Origin: a virus
Virus record (IMG/VR): IMGVR_UViG_3300042465_000293
Span: 3,241 to 67,240 of that record
DNA length: 64,000 nt
Direction: 5' to 3' (one strand)
A model generated the notes under the pieces. That model had not been told where the DNA came from and made no database searches. It saw only the letters and a program-made list of their open reading frames with translations. Each line of letters starts with the position of its first letter. Positions within the stretch are counted from its first letter, which is position 1. A program made the translations under genes and the position numbers. Positions 55,101 to 64,000 of this stretch are shown one piece after another.

Positions 55101-58100
55101 GCCTATGCTCCTCAACGCCGAGGACATTCCAGTCGCTGGCCTGTACGACCCTAAGACAGACACCATCAAGCTGGACGCGGAGGAAGGTTTAAACCTTCAC
55201 GTGCTATTACATGAATCGGTACATGCCGCTACATCACATGTCATAGATAACAAGTCACACCCTGTAACTAAACAACTTACAGAGCTTTACAACAATGTCA
55301 AAGACTCGCTGGACACAGCGTACGGCGCACAGTCTTTGGATGAGTTTGTTGCCGAGGCTTTCAGCAACCCTGAGTTCCAGCAACAGTTGGCGGCAATCAA
55401 TCCCAAGGGTGAGGCAATCACTGCATGGCAACGCTTCATGCACGCCATCCGCAACTTTGTGCGGTCAATCATGGGTAAAGAAACCAAGGGTATGGGCTCC
55501 GCACTCGACGCCTCTGATTCGTTGATCAACACCATCTTGTCGCCTGCACCTGAATCTCGTGAGGCAGGCTCGTTGTTCTCAGCATCGTTGCTGGGAAAAA
55601 GCTCCGCAGTCTTCAAGACCTTGGACAACCGAATCCTGTCGCTACCGGCGCTGGACAACAAGATCGTTGGTGGCATCTATGAGTTGTTCCGTGAGGGTGT
55701 GCCCTCTGCTGTTCAGAAGTTGGTGCGCCGTAGCTTGCCGCTCAATGCACTGACTGAGGTTGCAAAAGAAGACATCCCCATGGCACCCAAGCTCGATGAG
55801 TTGGAGAAGCGTTGGGGCGGTGCAATCGACAAGCGCAAGCGTGCGACCGAAGCCACCATGAAGCGCATCCAGAACTGGGTAAAGGGTAACCCCGAGAAAG
55901 AAGTTATCCTGAACGATGTCATCGCTACCAGCACGCTGGAGCAGGTTGACCCATCTAAGTCCCGTGATGATTACAAGGGCAAGCAATCCGAAAGCGGTGC
56001 CGATAAACAAAAGATTTGGGATGAGTTGCAACCACAGTGGAACAAGCTCGGCCCCGAGGGTCAGAGTGTCTACAAACAGATGCGCGACACGTACGCAAAA
56101 ACGTACGACGATTTACTTGACTTGATGTTCAACCGCATCGACAACTCAGTGGAGAACAAAGAAGATGCCAAGAAACTCAAGACTGAGATTTACCAGCGTC
56201 TTGCCACCAAGGGTAAGATCGAGCCGTACTTCCCCCTGACACGTAATGGTGACTACCGCTTGTCGTACGACGGCAAGGGTCGTGATGGCAACTTGGAGCA
56301 CTTCGTCGAACACTTCGAGACTTCGGTTGAGCGTGAGCGTGCGATCAAAGAGTTGGAGAAAGAAGGCGGTGTCAAGAACATCCAGCGATTCAAAGGTGGC
56401 TCCAAGCGCACCTACAAAGATGCACCTCCTACCTCGTTCGTGAACTCTATCTTGCGAACACTTGAAGCCAACAAAGTTGATCCAGAAGTCACCGATGAGA
56501 TCATGCGTACGTTCTTGTCAACGCTTCCTGAGTCGTCGTTTGCCCAAGCGTTCCGCAAGCGTAAGAACACGCCCGGCTTTAGCTTTGATGCACCCGCCGC
56601 TTTCTTTACACGCTCCATGGGTATGGCACACCAACTGGCCAACCTTGAGTACAGCGGCAAGATGTACCAACTGCGCGACGAGATTGACAAGCACGTCAAG
56701 GAAAAGAACAACACCGAACGCGCCCGTGGGCTGGCCGACGAGTTGAACAGCCACATCCAAACGCTGGTCAGTCCTGACATCGCCCCATGGTCTAAGGCTT
56801 TGACATCCACCGCTTTTGCATGGACGCTGGGCTTTAACGTATCGTCTGCCGTGGTCAACATGTCGCAGGTGCCGTTGGTGCTGATGCCTTACCTTGGTGG
56901 TAAGTACGGCTACTCCGAAACCACGAAAGCCATCGGCTCAGCTACCAAGTTGTTCTTTGGTAGTGGCCTCAAGCGTAACGCAGAAATGTCTGTGCCCACG
57001 GCTGACGGCAAGTCTAAGATTGAGATAAGTGCTGGCTTCTCGCTGGACAACTACGACTTTGATGCCAAAGACACGCCGCCTGAAATCAAACGCCTCAAAG
57101 AGTTGTCGCAGATGGCTGAAGACTACGGTCTGCTGAGCCGCTCAATGACGCATGACATCTTGGACATGGACGAGAAGTCTACGCCTTTGAACCGTGTGAA
57201 CGCATGGTCTGGTTTCATCTTCCACCATGGCGAGCGCATGAACCGCCAAATCTCGTTGATCGCATCCTATGAGCTTGAGCTTGATCGGATGACCAAGGAA
57301 GGTAAGAAGATTGACAGTGCCGCACGCACCGAGGCGGCCAAACGCGCAATCCAAACCACCGAACTGCTGAACGGTGGTGCATCGGCTGGCAGTGCGCCGT
57401 TGCTCGCAAAGAACTCAATTGGCAAGATCATGTTCATGTACAAGCGGTACGGTGTTTCCATGTACTACATGATGTTCAAGACGGCCCGTGAAGCCATGAA
57501 GTCTGAGGACAAGAAAGTCCGTGAAGCCGCCATGCGTCAGATCGTTGGCATCTATGCCTCCGCTGGCATGATGGCTGGGGTGCAGGGTCTGCCGATGTTC
57601 GGTATCTTGGCCGCTGTCTACAACTTGTTCAAGGGTGATGATGAGGATGATGCTGAAACCGCTGCCCGTAAGTATCTCGGTGAAGGTCTGTTCAACGGCG
57701 CGGTCAACTACCTGACTGGTACGGCTGTCGCCAACCGTATTGGCTTGTCTGACCTGCTGATCAACAGCACCGGATACCGTGAGCAAGACAACGCAGTGCT
57801 GGCATTCTTGCAACTCATGGGTGGCCCAGTCTATGGCGTAGCCGACCGGATACAGCAAGGTGTCAAGTTGATCAATGAGGGTGAGACTGAGCGCGGCTTG
57901 GAGCGTATGCTCCCCGCAGGTATTGCCAACGGCTTCAAGGGTATCCGCTTTGCAACCGAGGGTGCCAATACCCTGCGTGGTGACCCGATCACCGGTGAGA
58001 TGCACCCTGCCAATGCGTACGCTCAGATATTTGGGTTTGCGCCTGCCGAGTACACCCGCCAGTTGGAGATCAATGCGTCTCTCAAGAACATTGAGCGCCG

Positions 58101-58371
58101 TGCTACCAAGGAACGTACCAAGGTGTTGCGCGACTACTACATCGCCGCACGAAACGGTGACGCAGATGGCATGAGTGATGCACTGGACGACATGTTTAAG
58201 TTCAACAAGTTGCACCCTACGGCGGCAATCACAGCCGAGACTGTCCAGAACTCAATGGCGCAACACATGAAGACATCGCAGGAGATGTACCACGGTGTGA
58301 CTCTGAACAAGAAGCTCCGCCCTGAGTTGTTACAGAACGCGGCTGAGTACGACAACGGGTTGCTGGACTGA
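52156..58371 (+). CDS. Large polyvalent internal virion protein with zincin metallopeptidase-like domain
   Basis: 2071 aa; GLYDPKTDTI...LLHESVHAA...DEFVAEAFSN; YFPLTR; KPEA repeats. Confidence 0.75.
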   Translation: MPLYQITGPDGNLYEIEGPEGATRQQVIAAVQKRMSSQEDTNLESRLQQLRAEREELLKPKPTVGGSIKEFGKGLVPGAINLLETAGTGISALLPDDTEKAAREKIKELAGIAKKPFEAGAGYEDSVMRKLGEGLGSTLPFFAAGPLGLAGRVAAGGLGVAAGAGEARESAEAKGATGEERRLATQLGAPTGLLDLLAPQIKPFKSIVGTAFARGGVEGATEAAQKVAQNLIAKGVYDPQQEILVGSGEEGAYGAGVGALASLIIDMTIGRKARRASLGLDKEAPEEKTPDALRLTGEAPFTPVGLPDGSVAMTREDLAAYEESKFKDKYAPQDAAPRLREKDTVGTQGELYPSERDSALIQLSQIEGPQRQAPADFELEMQEAPRGVQQELDLQPRIERDTQTRDMIDDLEETQQIEELYAKDEREAAKIRAEKERLKFESDLAELTGRVERKQEKTSADNRLQILLPIVEAKANNIRKVFVQALKREGFTNPNLTEREQKLINRAYDIRLAEEPAVEAEPVIEASEEQKKELRSIESLIPEKKSQREPEQMGFPGMGKPKGAAPQAFSEEELASQEKPFATVLTPEVLAKAGLPKQSGFYKQLLNLDMADAVQQPTVAHIFGRIRENPNLSTSTKDAVENLAMQAFGGLAKQGDMFVPAKPIKAAKEGKKDATATKPAAGKPAERGRDKDAGDVAGGTGTRTEDRKPSGAKDERTGAPADTKRTETPKPTGLGDRGKPTGDTGVRKGVEPTTLKKAKPEAKPEAKPEAKPEVRGKPEAKTDKPQPNASLGAYGQVMEAESRSDALDYLAYDMYVAMFEKHKLLTRINKLNDITAQLRNGIPVDDIAFGREGTTSIVPLSGGKYAKAFYESLSAADKRALAKKMSDYFNKSEAEVRRGSTQFNVQQELSRATKEQMDGEQLELSRDAVVLALPLHPAIRKALKAGDLRGALTMLGSQNLGRASEVAKKLAGAMGKTKVELEPMLLNAEDIPVAGLYDPKTDTIKLDAEEGLNLHVLLHESVHAATSHVIDNKSHPVTKQLTELYNNVKDSLDTAYGAQSLDEFVAEAFSNPEFQQQLAAINPKGEAITAWQRFMHAIRNFVRSIMGKETKGMGSALDASDSLINTILSPAPESREAGSLFSASLLGKSSAVFKTLDNRILSLPALDNKIVGGIYELFREGVPSAVQKLVRRSLPLNALTEVAKEDIPMAPKLDELEKRWGGAIDKRKRATEATMKRIQNWVKGNPEKEVILNDVIATSTLEQVDPSKSRDDYKGKQSESGADKQKIWDELQPQWNKLGPEGQSVYKQMRDTYAKTYDDLLDLMFNRIDNSVENKEDAKKLKTEIYQRLATKGKIEPYFPLTRNGDYRLSYDGKGRDGNLEHFVEHFETSVERERAIKELEKEGGVKNIQRFKGGSKRTYKDAPPTSFVNSILRTLEANKVDPEVTDEIMRTFLSTLPESSFAQAFRKRKNTPGFSFDAPAAFFTRSMGMAHQLANLEYSGKMYQLRDEIDKHVKEKNNTERARGLADELNSHIQTLVSPDIAPWSKALTSTAFAWTLGFNVSSAVVNMSQVPLVLMPYLGGKYGYSETTKAIGSATKLFFGSGLKRNAEMSVPTADGKSKIEISAGFSLDNYDFDAKDTPPEIKRLKELSQMAEDYGLLSRSMTHDILDMDEKSTPLNRVNAWSGFIFHHGERMNRQISLIASYELELDRMTKEGKKIDSAARTEAAKRAIQTTELLNGGASAGSAPLLAKNSIGKIMFMYKRYGVSMYYMMFKTAREAMKSEDKKVREAAMRQIVGIYASAGMMAGVQGLPMFGILAAVYNLFKGDDEDDAETAARKYLGEGLFNGAVNYLTGTAVANRIGLSDLLINSTGYREQDNAVLAFLQLMGGPVYGVADRIQQGVKLINEGETERGLERMLPAGIANGFKGIRFATEGANTLRGDPITGEMHPANAYAQIFGFAPAEYTRQLEINASLKNIERRATKERTKVLRDYYIAARNGDADGMSDALDDMFKFNKLHPTAAITAETVQNSMAQHMKTSQEMYHGVTLNKKLRPELLQNAAEYDNGLLD

Positions 58372-58372
58372 T

Positions 58373-58403
58373 AAAAAAACCCCCGCTTGTGACGGCGGGG
58401 GTT
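58373..58403. terminator. Terminator at the convergence of the two arms; U tract on the minus strand
   Basis: aaaaaaacccccgc-ttgtgacg-gcgggggtt. Confidence 0.85.
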
Positions 58404-58446
58404 AAATCTCTTTTCAAGGAGAAACGAAGTGACAGGCAACCTGTCG
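58373..58446 (-). ncRNA. Predicted trans-acting anti-RBS small RNA (~75 nt)
   Basis: Promoter TTCGCA-17-TAGTAT (58480-58452), 5' hairpin GACAGG/CCUGUC, core CACUUCGUUUCUCCUU, intrinsic terminator. Confidence 0.6.
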
Positions 58447-58457
58447 GGGCGATACTA

Positions 58458-58721
58458 TCACAACCTTCTCCAAATGCGAACCCCCCAGTAGCCACCTTCA
58501 ATACCCGGGCGGTAGTGGACAACCCACTCCCATTGACTTGTTATCTGGTGAACCTGTCTGACGAGTTCCAACGTATTTACGCAAGGAATGAACACAGAGG
58601 CACCCGCTGGAAACTTGTCCCAGCGGACAACGATACGCACCCCATCGGGTGCGAGATCGTCAAGCCTGACCCTGTTTCTCGAACAGCGCGGCGGTTGTCG
58701 CCAGAGCTTGCTCAGTTTCAT
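58458..58721 (-). CDS. Small conserved protein (WDKFPAGASVFIPC...GVRIWR)
   Basis: Last gene of the replication arm; start uncertain. Confidence 0.7.
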   Translation of the reverse strand: MKLSKLWRQPPRCSRNRVRLDDLAPDGVRIVVRWDKFPAGASVFIPCVNTLELVRQVHQITSQWEWVVHYRPGIEGGYWGVRIWRRL

Positions 58722-61515
58722 CGTCCATAAACCCTGTGCAATCCAACACTAAAACATCGGTGGGGGGCATGTTGATGTGGGTGCCCTTACCGAGTCGAAC
58801 CTTGGCTTTGACTGCCTTGGTGCTTCCCGTTTTCAGACCGTCAACAAACCCTGCGTAGTTGATCTGTTGCTTGCCGCACCATGCCTTGAGGGGCTTGATC
58901 AGCAGGTACAGCTTCTTTACGTCATACTCATACCTCGCAACAAACTGACCACGAGGAGAACTGTCGGGCACCACGATCTTGTCGAGTGAGCCAGCAGTAT
59001 TCCGTGCATCTTCTGTTGACGTGATGCGGAGCATGTTGTTGTAGTTCTCGGCCATGTAGTCAGTCAGTTGGGCTTCGACGTTTACATTCATCTCACCCAC
59101 CATGACTTTGGCATCAGCCATCACTTTGACAATCCACTGCACAATCGGTGCAATCTGCCAAGTGATCAGACCAGCTTTCTTGAGCAACATCAAACCTGCA
59201 ATGGTGCGTGAAGCCAAGGCAGACCAATAGCGATTCTCAGCAGACAAACTCGACGCCGCATCAAGTTTGCGTTGCACTGTCATGGCAAGTTCTTTGACCG
59301 CATCCAAGTTGTTCAGGATGTACTGGATGTAGACCACACCCGCATGCCCAAAGTTTTCCTTGATGTCGGTGCTGAATACATCGGTCTCGGACTTGGTAGC
59401 AAACTTCACAGGCTCAACTCGGTACTCCAACACACGCTGAGCTTCCGCTTGCGGCAGAGCTTTGAACAGTGCGATGCGTTCAAGTATTGAGGTGTTACCC
59501 GTGGTGCCGAACAGAGTCTTCCAAGGCTTGCCACGTACGCGCTCGACGTTGCCTTTCGGCCCCATGCGGTTGCGTTGCAGACCACTCGGCAGTTGGTACG
59601 CCCAGTCAGACAAGTCTTGCGGCTTGGTGTTGGTCATCTCGTCCATGTAGCAGACGATGTTTTTGTACACCTCGGCACGGTTCATCTTTGAGTTGAACGT
59701 GTCACGCTCTTGCATCACCAACAGGTCGGGGTCACCCCAAATAGATGCACCTGCGTACATGGCAGTGGTCTTACCCAAACCGGAGCCCTTGCTCCATGCG
59801 TGAAAGGCGGCGGCGTTGATCGGCTGAAACTCCATCAGGACAGAGCCCAGCGACAGCCCAAACATGAATTGGTGCAACTCCATGTTCGGTTGGTTGTAGA
59901 ACTCCATGGTCTGCTTCCACTTCTCCAACGAGCCCTTGGCCTTGAAGATCGGGAACAGCCCCACGGTAGCGGCAGAGGGTGAACTCACCTCAACACGGTC
60001 TTTGAAAACTTCCATGTTGCCAATGACGAACGACTCGTGTTTGTCGTCCTTCCACCCAAATTGCCGACATGCTTCGTCGGCTTCAGAATTAAACTGTAAC
60101 TCGTTTACCCATCTCATCGTGTACTCCATCAGTTCTTGTACGTTCAGGACTGCTACACCCTGTGCCGCAAGTTGTTTGCGAAACTCATCCTTCGTGCCCA
60201 CAGCAGTCAACGGCAACGTGAACTCACGTACGCCATCCTTTGGCAAGTGCAAACGCATCACCAATGACTCACCCGCTTCGGGGTCTTTGACGCGCCGTAT
60301 GACGTACAGGTCATTGAAATAAACCATCACGTCTTTGTCTTCACCCTCGGCATTCTTGGAATGCTTAAACACACCACCACTCTTACCCCTGAAGAATGGG
60401 TGCGGGTACTTGGGAATCGTGTAACGAATCGGCGTAGCCGCAGTTACGTCCAGTGGTTTTTGAATGACGATGTTGTCGGACTCGTCAGCTTCCTCTACCT
60501 CACGCCCAAGAGAGATCGGTGACTTGATCTTGTTCCAGTGCTTGCACTCGGGGCAGACACCTGCGCGGTACTCGTCAAAACGTGTGCACAGGTATGGGCC
60601 TTTGATCAGGTCAACCTTCTGCTCGGTTCCTTCGGGGGTGTACTCAGGGTGCTTGAGAGAAATCTTGTGGATTGCTTTACCACCATCAACACAGAACTTG
60701 GCAATCGACAACCCCGCCCTCCACAGAGGCTCAGAGATGTTTGGCTGGTTGTTGACAACTTCTTTGAGTTGTTCGCACCCAGTGCCGCTCATGGTCTTGA
60801 TCAGAATAGTCTTGAAGCGACTCACGAAACTGCCCGACAGGGCTTGCATCATGGCATCCTGCTGTTGCGGCATGTACTTCTTCGGAGGCACCAAGATAGA
60901 TGAGTCGTCACCCATGAGGTCACGGAACACGTCAAACTCAACGGGCGCACCTGCTTCCCCCACAATATGCACGAGGGCAGGGGGGTTAGGCTTATGGTTG
61001 TGCGTATTGGGTACTCGCAACACACGCGCCGCATCTGCCGGTACAGCAGGGTCATTGCGCATCCCCTGCTTTGCACACAAGCGTTTGAATTGCTCAGCAA
61101 CAGGCACCCATGTTTCACGTGAAACAGGAGCGGTCAGTGGCCAGTACACATGGATACCACGCCCCGAATTTACGATGGTCGGGCGCGGTAGCTTCAGTTC
61201 TTTACAGAACGTGCGTAGTGCGGCAAGAGCTTCGCTCTGTGTCGCGTAGTCTTTTGTTGGCCCACAGTCAAGGTCAAGAAAGAATGATCTAAGTTGTTTT
61301 ACGTTGGGTGCCTTGCGAGACCCAGCTTGGTCAAAAGTGCCCAACGCAAAATAAGCGTCATACCCTTCAGCATCTAAATTGTGAGCAGCATGGATTGCGG
61401 CATCAAGGTTGTCGTAGAACTTCTGTACCTTGCGTTCATCGGATAGCCGATATGCAAATATGCAGTAGTGCCCTTCGTCCCCCAGTACCGACTCCAGAAA
61501 TTTTTTTGTTTCCAT
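58660..61515 (-). CDS. Primase-helicase (AEP/RepB-like primase + DUF927 + P-loop helicase)
   Basis: FFLDLDCG, SGRGIHVYW, RVLRVP, Cys cluster, GSGLGKTT, MDEMTN. Confidence 0.88.
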   Translation of the reverse strand: METKKFLESVLGDEGHYCIFAYRLSDERKVQKFYDNLDAAIHAAHNLDAEGYDAYFALGTFDQAGSRKAPNVKQLRSFFLDLDCGPTKDYATQSEALAALRTFCKELKLPRPTIVNSGRGIHVYWPLTAPVSRETWVPVAEQFKRLCAKQGMRNDPAVPADAARVLRVPNTHNHKPNPPALVHIVGEAGAPVEFDVFRDLMGDDSSILVPPKKYMPQQQDAMMQALSGSFVSRFKTILIKTMSGTGCEQLKEVVNNQPNISEPLWRAGLSIAKFCVDGGKAIHKISLKHPEYTPEGTEQKVDLIKGPYLCTRFDEYRAGVCPECKHWNKIKSPISLGREVEEADESDNIVIQKPLDVTAATPIRYTIPKYPHPFFRGKSGGVFKHSKNAEGEDKDVMVYFNDLYVIRRVKDPEAGESLVMRLHLPKDGVREFTLPLTAVGTKDEFRKQLAAQGVAVLNVQELMEYTMRWVNELQFNSEADEACRQFGWKDDKHESFVIGNMEVFKDRVEVSSPSAATVGLFPIFKAKGSLEKWKQTMEFYNQPNMELHQFMFGLSLGSVLMEFQPINAAAFHAWSKGSGLGKTTAMYAGASIWGDPDLLVMQERDTFNSKMNRAEVYKNIVCYMDEMTNTKPQDLSDWAYQLPSGLQRNRMGPKGNVERVRGKPWKTLFGTTGNTSILERIALFKALPQAEAQRVLEYRVEPVKFATKSETDVFSTDIKENFGHAGVVYIQYILNNLDAVKELAMTVQRKLDAASSLSAENRYWSALASRTIAGLMLLKKAGLITWQIAPIVQWIVKVMADAKVMVGEMNVNVEAQLTDYMAENYNNMLRITSTEDARNTAGSLDKIVVPDSSPRGQFVARYEYDVKKLYLLIKPLKAWCGKQQINYAGFVDGLKTGSTKAVKAKVRLGKGTHINMPPTDVLVLDCTGFMDDETEQALATTAALFEKQGQA

Positions 61516-61548
61516 AGCCGCCAGTTGTTAGAGTGAATGAGATAACCG

Positions 61549-61578
61549 AAAAGAAAGGGTGGGGAGCGACCCCACCCT
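61549..61578 (-). terminator. Intrinsic terminator between SSB and primase genes
   Basis: agggtgggg-tcgct-ccccaccct-ttctttt on the minus strand. Confidence 0.75.
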
Positions 61579-61586
61579 AAAACAAA

Positions 61587-62531
61587 TCAGTCGTCCCAAT
61601 CTCCAACGATGTCGCTCAACTCAGACTTCGGCTCAGCGGCAGGTGCAGACTTCTTGGTAACCTTGATTGGTTCAGGCACTTCTTCAGCCTCAACCTTCTC
61701 AGCTTTCGGCGCAGTCTTGGCAACGATCTTCTCGTAGGCAGGGCCATCTTCTTGCTTGGCCAACTCACCCATTGGCAACGTACCCTTTGGTGCAGGAATC
61801 ACGCCGTCCATCTGCGATACGTTCAAGGTGATTGCCTTGATGGTGTCAGGGTGGTTTTGCAACTTCACTGCGGTTGCGAGTTCTTCTTCCTCAAGCGCAC
61901 GGACAGGGCTGAACACCAACTTGGGAGTGGCGCTGTCGATGTCAAAACGCATCTCGGTCACGATAGAAATCGCGGGAGTGTTGTACGCCTTGAGGTGACG
62001 ACCATAGGCTTGCAGTGGCATCTTCTTACCCTCTGCATCACCGAACACAGATGTTGATGGCAGTGTGATCTGATACACGGCTTCTTTGTGCAACTCGCCA
62101 TCGAGCGCCACGGCTATACGCTGTTGGAAACGGCAAGCACGTGTGTCGCCTTGACCGGAGCCCTTGATGTGTTGCTTGCAGTCTTTGCAGAACTTGGCTT
62201 GACGCTGATCTTCAGGTACTGCCTTGTCAGGGGTTTGTGTGTCACTTGACCAGCACGTGGGCTTCGTCTTCGCGCCCTTGACATAGGTGCCTTCAAAGAA
62301 CATACGCGACACAGGTGCGGCGTTGATCAAGATGACTTTCATTGAGCGTTCTTCGCTCACACGAACTTCTTTGCCACCGACAAACTCACGGAACGCACCA
62401 CCTTCGATGCTGATACGCTTGTTGCCACCTGCACCACCAGCGAGGGTGCTTGTCAGGTTGTCTTCGATGCCGCTCAGCAATGCGAGGGCGGCGTTGTTGG
62501 GTTTGCCAAACAGGGTCATTTCGTTACTCAT
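61587..62531 (-). CDS. Putative ssDNA-binding / annealing protein
   Basis: KRISI, PTCWS, CKDC...GSG...RACRF; acidic-aromatic C-terminus DIVGDWDD. Confidence 0.7.
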   Translation of the reverse strand: MSNEMTLFGKPNNAALALLSGIEDNLTSTLAGGAGGNKRISIEGGAFREFVGGKEVRVSEERSMKVILINAAPVSRMFFEGTYVKGAKTKPTCWSSDTQTPDKAVPEDQRQAKFCKDCKQHIKGSGQGDTRACRFQQRIAVALDGELHKEAVYQITLPSTSVFGDAEGKKMPLQAYGRHLKAYNTPAISIVTEMRFDIDSATPKLVFSPVRALEEEELATAVKLQNHPDTIKAITLNVSQMDGVIPAPKGTLPMGELAKQEDGPAYEKIVAKTAPKAEKVEAEEVPEPIKVTKKSAPAAEPKSELSDIVGDWDD

Positions 62532-62545
62532 TTTCGTTTCTCCAG

Positions 62546-62809
62546 TTAAATATCTTCGTCAGGGTTGTTGAATGCCAATTCAAGTTGAACAGGCAGTTTG
62601 GGGTCTACGGCTTTTGGTGCTTCCGGTTCGTCCTTGGGTACGCTTGAAAGGGCTTTGACCACCGCAGGTACGTTAAAGCGGTATGTGTTACCGATCTTTA
62701 GATACGTGTCTTTGGGGATGTAGCCCTGTCGTACCCATGCACGAACAGTCGATACCGAAACCGTAAACTGTTTGGCCAAGTCTTCGATTGGCACAAATGG
62801 TTCACTCAT
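62546..62809 (-). CDS. MerR/excisionase-like HTH DNA-binding protein
   Basis: IEDLAKQFTVSVSTVRAWVRQGYIP...IGNTYRF. Confidence 0.8.
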   Translation of the reverse strand: MSEPFVPIEDLAKQFTVSVSTVRAWVRQGYIPKDTYLKIGNTYRFNVPAVVKALSSVPKDEPEAPKAVDPKLPVQLELAFNNPDEDI

Positions 62810-63225
62810 TACTTTCTCCTTACGGTTATGGTGTACTCGCTATCCACGTTGAGTCCCGGTGGTAACGTGTCAGGATTGGCCTCAAGGAACTCTTTGAGGT
62901 TGGTTTGATGTATGCGCTCATGCAGTAACTGCGGCGCATTGTGCTCAACGATGAACTTGTGCATCGACTCCCAGTCGTTTGTCCAATAGTTCACCTTGAC
63001 GGTGCGATAGAACAAGCCTTCGCCTGTGCGTACGCTGTCTACGTTTTGCTCTTTACAGAAACCCAAGAGGGCAGACTTTACCTTGTCCATCTGTCCTTTG
63101 AGCTTCTTCTCCTCAGTCTCGTAGGCCACACGCATCTCGTCGTGCTTGGCCTTCATCTTGAGGTACACCCTGACCAGCTTTTCGGGGGCTACGGCAGGGG
63201 TTGCGGGGGTTGCTTCGTCTGTCAC
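62809..63225 (-). CDS. Conserved replication-module protein (partial second copy at 1-221)
   Basis: LVRVYLKMK...SVRTGEG...DWESMHKF...PPGLN; GTG start with GGAG SD. Confidence 0.8.
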   Translation of the reverse strand: MTDEATPATPAVAPEKLVRVYLKMKAKHDEMRVAYETEEKKLKGQMDKVKSALLGFCKEQNVDSVRTGEGLFYRTVKVNYWTNDWESMHKFIVEHNAPQLLHERIHQTNLKEFLEANPDTLPPGLNVDSEYTITVRRK

Positions 63226-64000
63226 TTCGTTCTCCGTTTGTTGTTGGGGTTTTTATTATAGTGGCGTTTTACCAATTATTCAAGTATTTCTTTGTAAAGA
63301 TCAACTATTTTTGAGTGAACGTCGATTTTATTATCTAATAAGTTGTAAACGTGTCTTTCTACACCTGACCCCACCAGTTGTACCACTGTAGAGGGGTGAC
63401 GCTGACCCGAACGATGGACTCGGGCGTTGGCTTGGGCGTAAGTCTCAAGGGAGGATGTCGGCCCCCACCACACCACCGTATTGGCCGCTGTGAGGGTCAC
63501 GCCGTGCGCGGCGGCTTGTGGTTGGATGACAAGTACCTTGGTGCCGTTTGGCTCGGTCTGGAAGCGATTAAAGATGTCGGTGCGTTTGTGCACGGGCACA
63601 TCGCCACTGATCACCTCGGTTGTGTAGCCGTCAGCGTTGAGCTTGTCGGTCAGGATGCTGATCACATGCTTGAACGGCACGAACACAAGCACCTTCTGAC
63701 TTGACTCGTCAATCACCTCGGTCAGCACGTTGTAGCGGTTCTTGATGTCGAACTCCAAGGTCTCGCCTGAGTCGGAGTACACCGCACCACAAGATATTTG
63801 CAGGAGCTTGGACATGTTCACTGCGGCGTTGACCGATGTGATTTCTTCCCCTGCGGCTTGCACCACCATGCGACTCTTGAGCATGCCGTAGTAGCGTTCC
63901 TGTTGCTTGGTCAACTCGACTCGGCGCTTGGTGTAGGTCATCTCAGGCAAGTCAAGGCACTCGTCCTTGGTGTACCTGATGGCGGGTTGCAAGCACTCGA
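63005..64000. repeat. Terminal redundancy, copy 2 (includes the 3' part of the SNF2 helicase gene again)
   Basis: Same sequence as 1-996. Confidence 0.97.
63255..63283 (-). promoter_or_regulatory. Sigma70 promoter TTGAAT-17-TATAAT for the SSB/primase operon (also at 251-279)
   Basis: Consensus -10, 17-bp spacer, overlaps the helicase stop. Confidence 0.75.

Noticed and set aside
58429-58491. Plus-strand 20-codon ORF with strong SD (AAGGAGAAACGAAGTG)
   Set aside because: It lies after the terminator hairpin, antisense to a gene, with no evident promoter; better explained as the antisense seed, though not excluded.
62546-62809. Excisionase implying integration
   Set aside because: No tyrosine or serine integrase and no att-like context found; more likely a regulator.
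63005-64000. Second helicase copy / long direct terminal repeat
   Set aside because: It is an exact wrap of a circular sequence that cuts through genes, so it is not evidence of a duplication or of physical termini.
1-64000. tRNA genes, introns/inteins, reverse transcriptase/DGR, alternative genetic code
   Set aside because: No cloverleaf recognised by eye; PolA, TerL and helicase are uninterrupted and of normal size; no RT motifs; genes are intact under the standard code.

Overview
The window is one complete, circularly permuted 63,004-bp tailed-phage genome: bases 1-996 recur at 63005-64000. It looks podovirus-like, with tubular/nozzle-type tail proteins and large internal ejection proteins but no sheath, tape measure or integrase. 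The minus-strand arm (58458 through the junction to 16506) holds early and replication genes: DUF927 primase-helicase, SSB, SNF2 helicase, PD-(D/E)XK nuclease, PolA, VRR-NUC, Lar and an AAA+/vWA module. The plus-strand arm (17037-58371) holds packaging, head, tail, lysis and ejection genes. Best leads: (1) a predicted ~75-nt phage sRNA at the arm convergence point whose unpaired core is antisense to an SD-AACGAA motif shared by seven early/replication genes; (2) an ACP + ketosynthase + unknown gene cassette placed directly before an ejection protein starting Met-Gly; (3) a double-pseudoknot leader RNA after the capsid gene; (4) six copies of a 17-bp palindromic operator, plus iteron-like repeats in the control region; (5) a short xxxGG peptide motif shared by small head-region proteins and ejection proteins. 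Product calls come from motif recognition and synteny only; no database searches were run.
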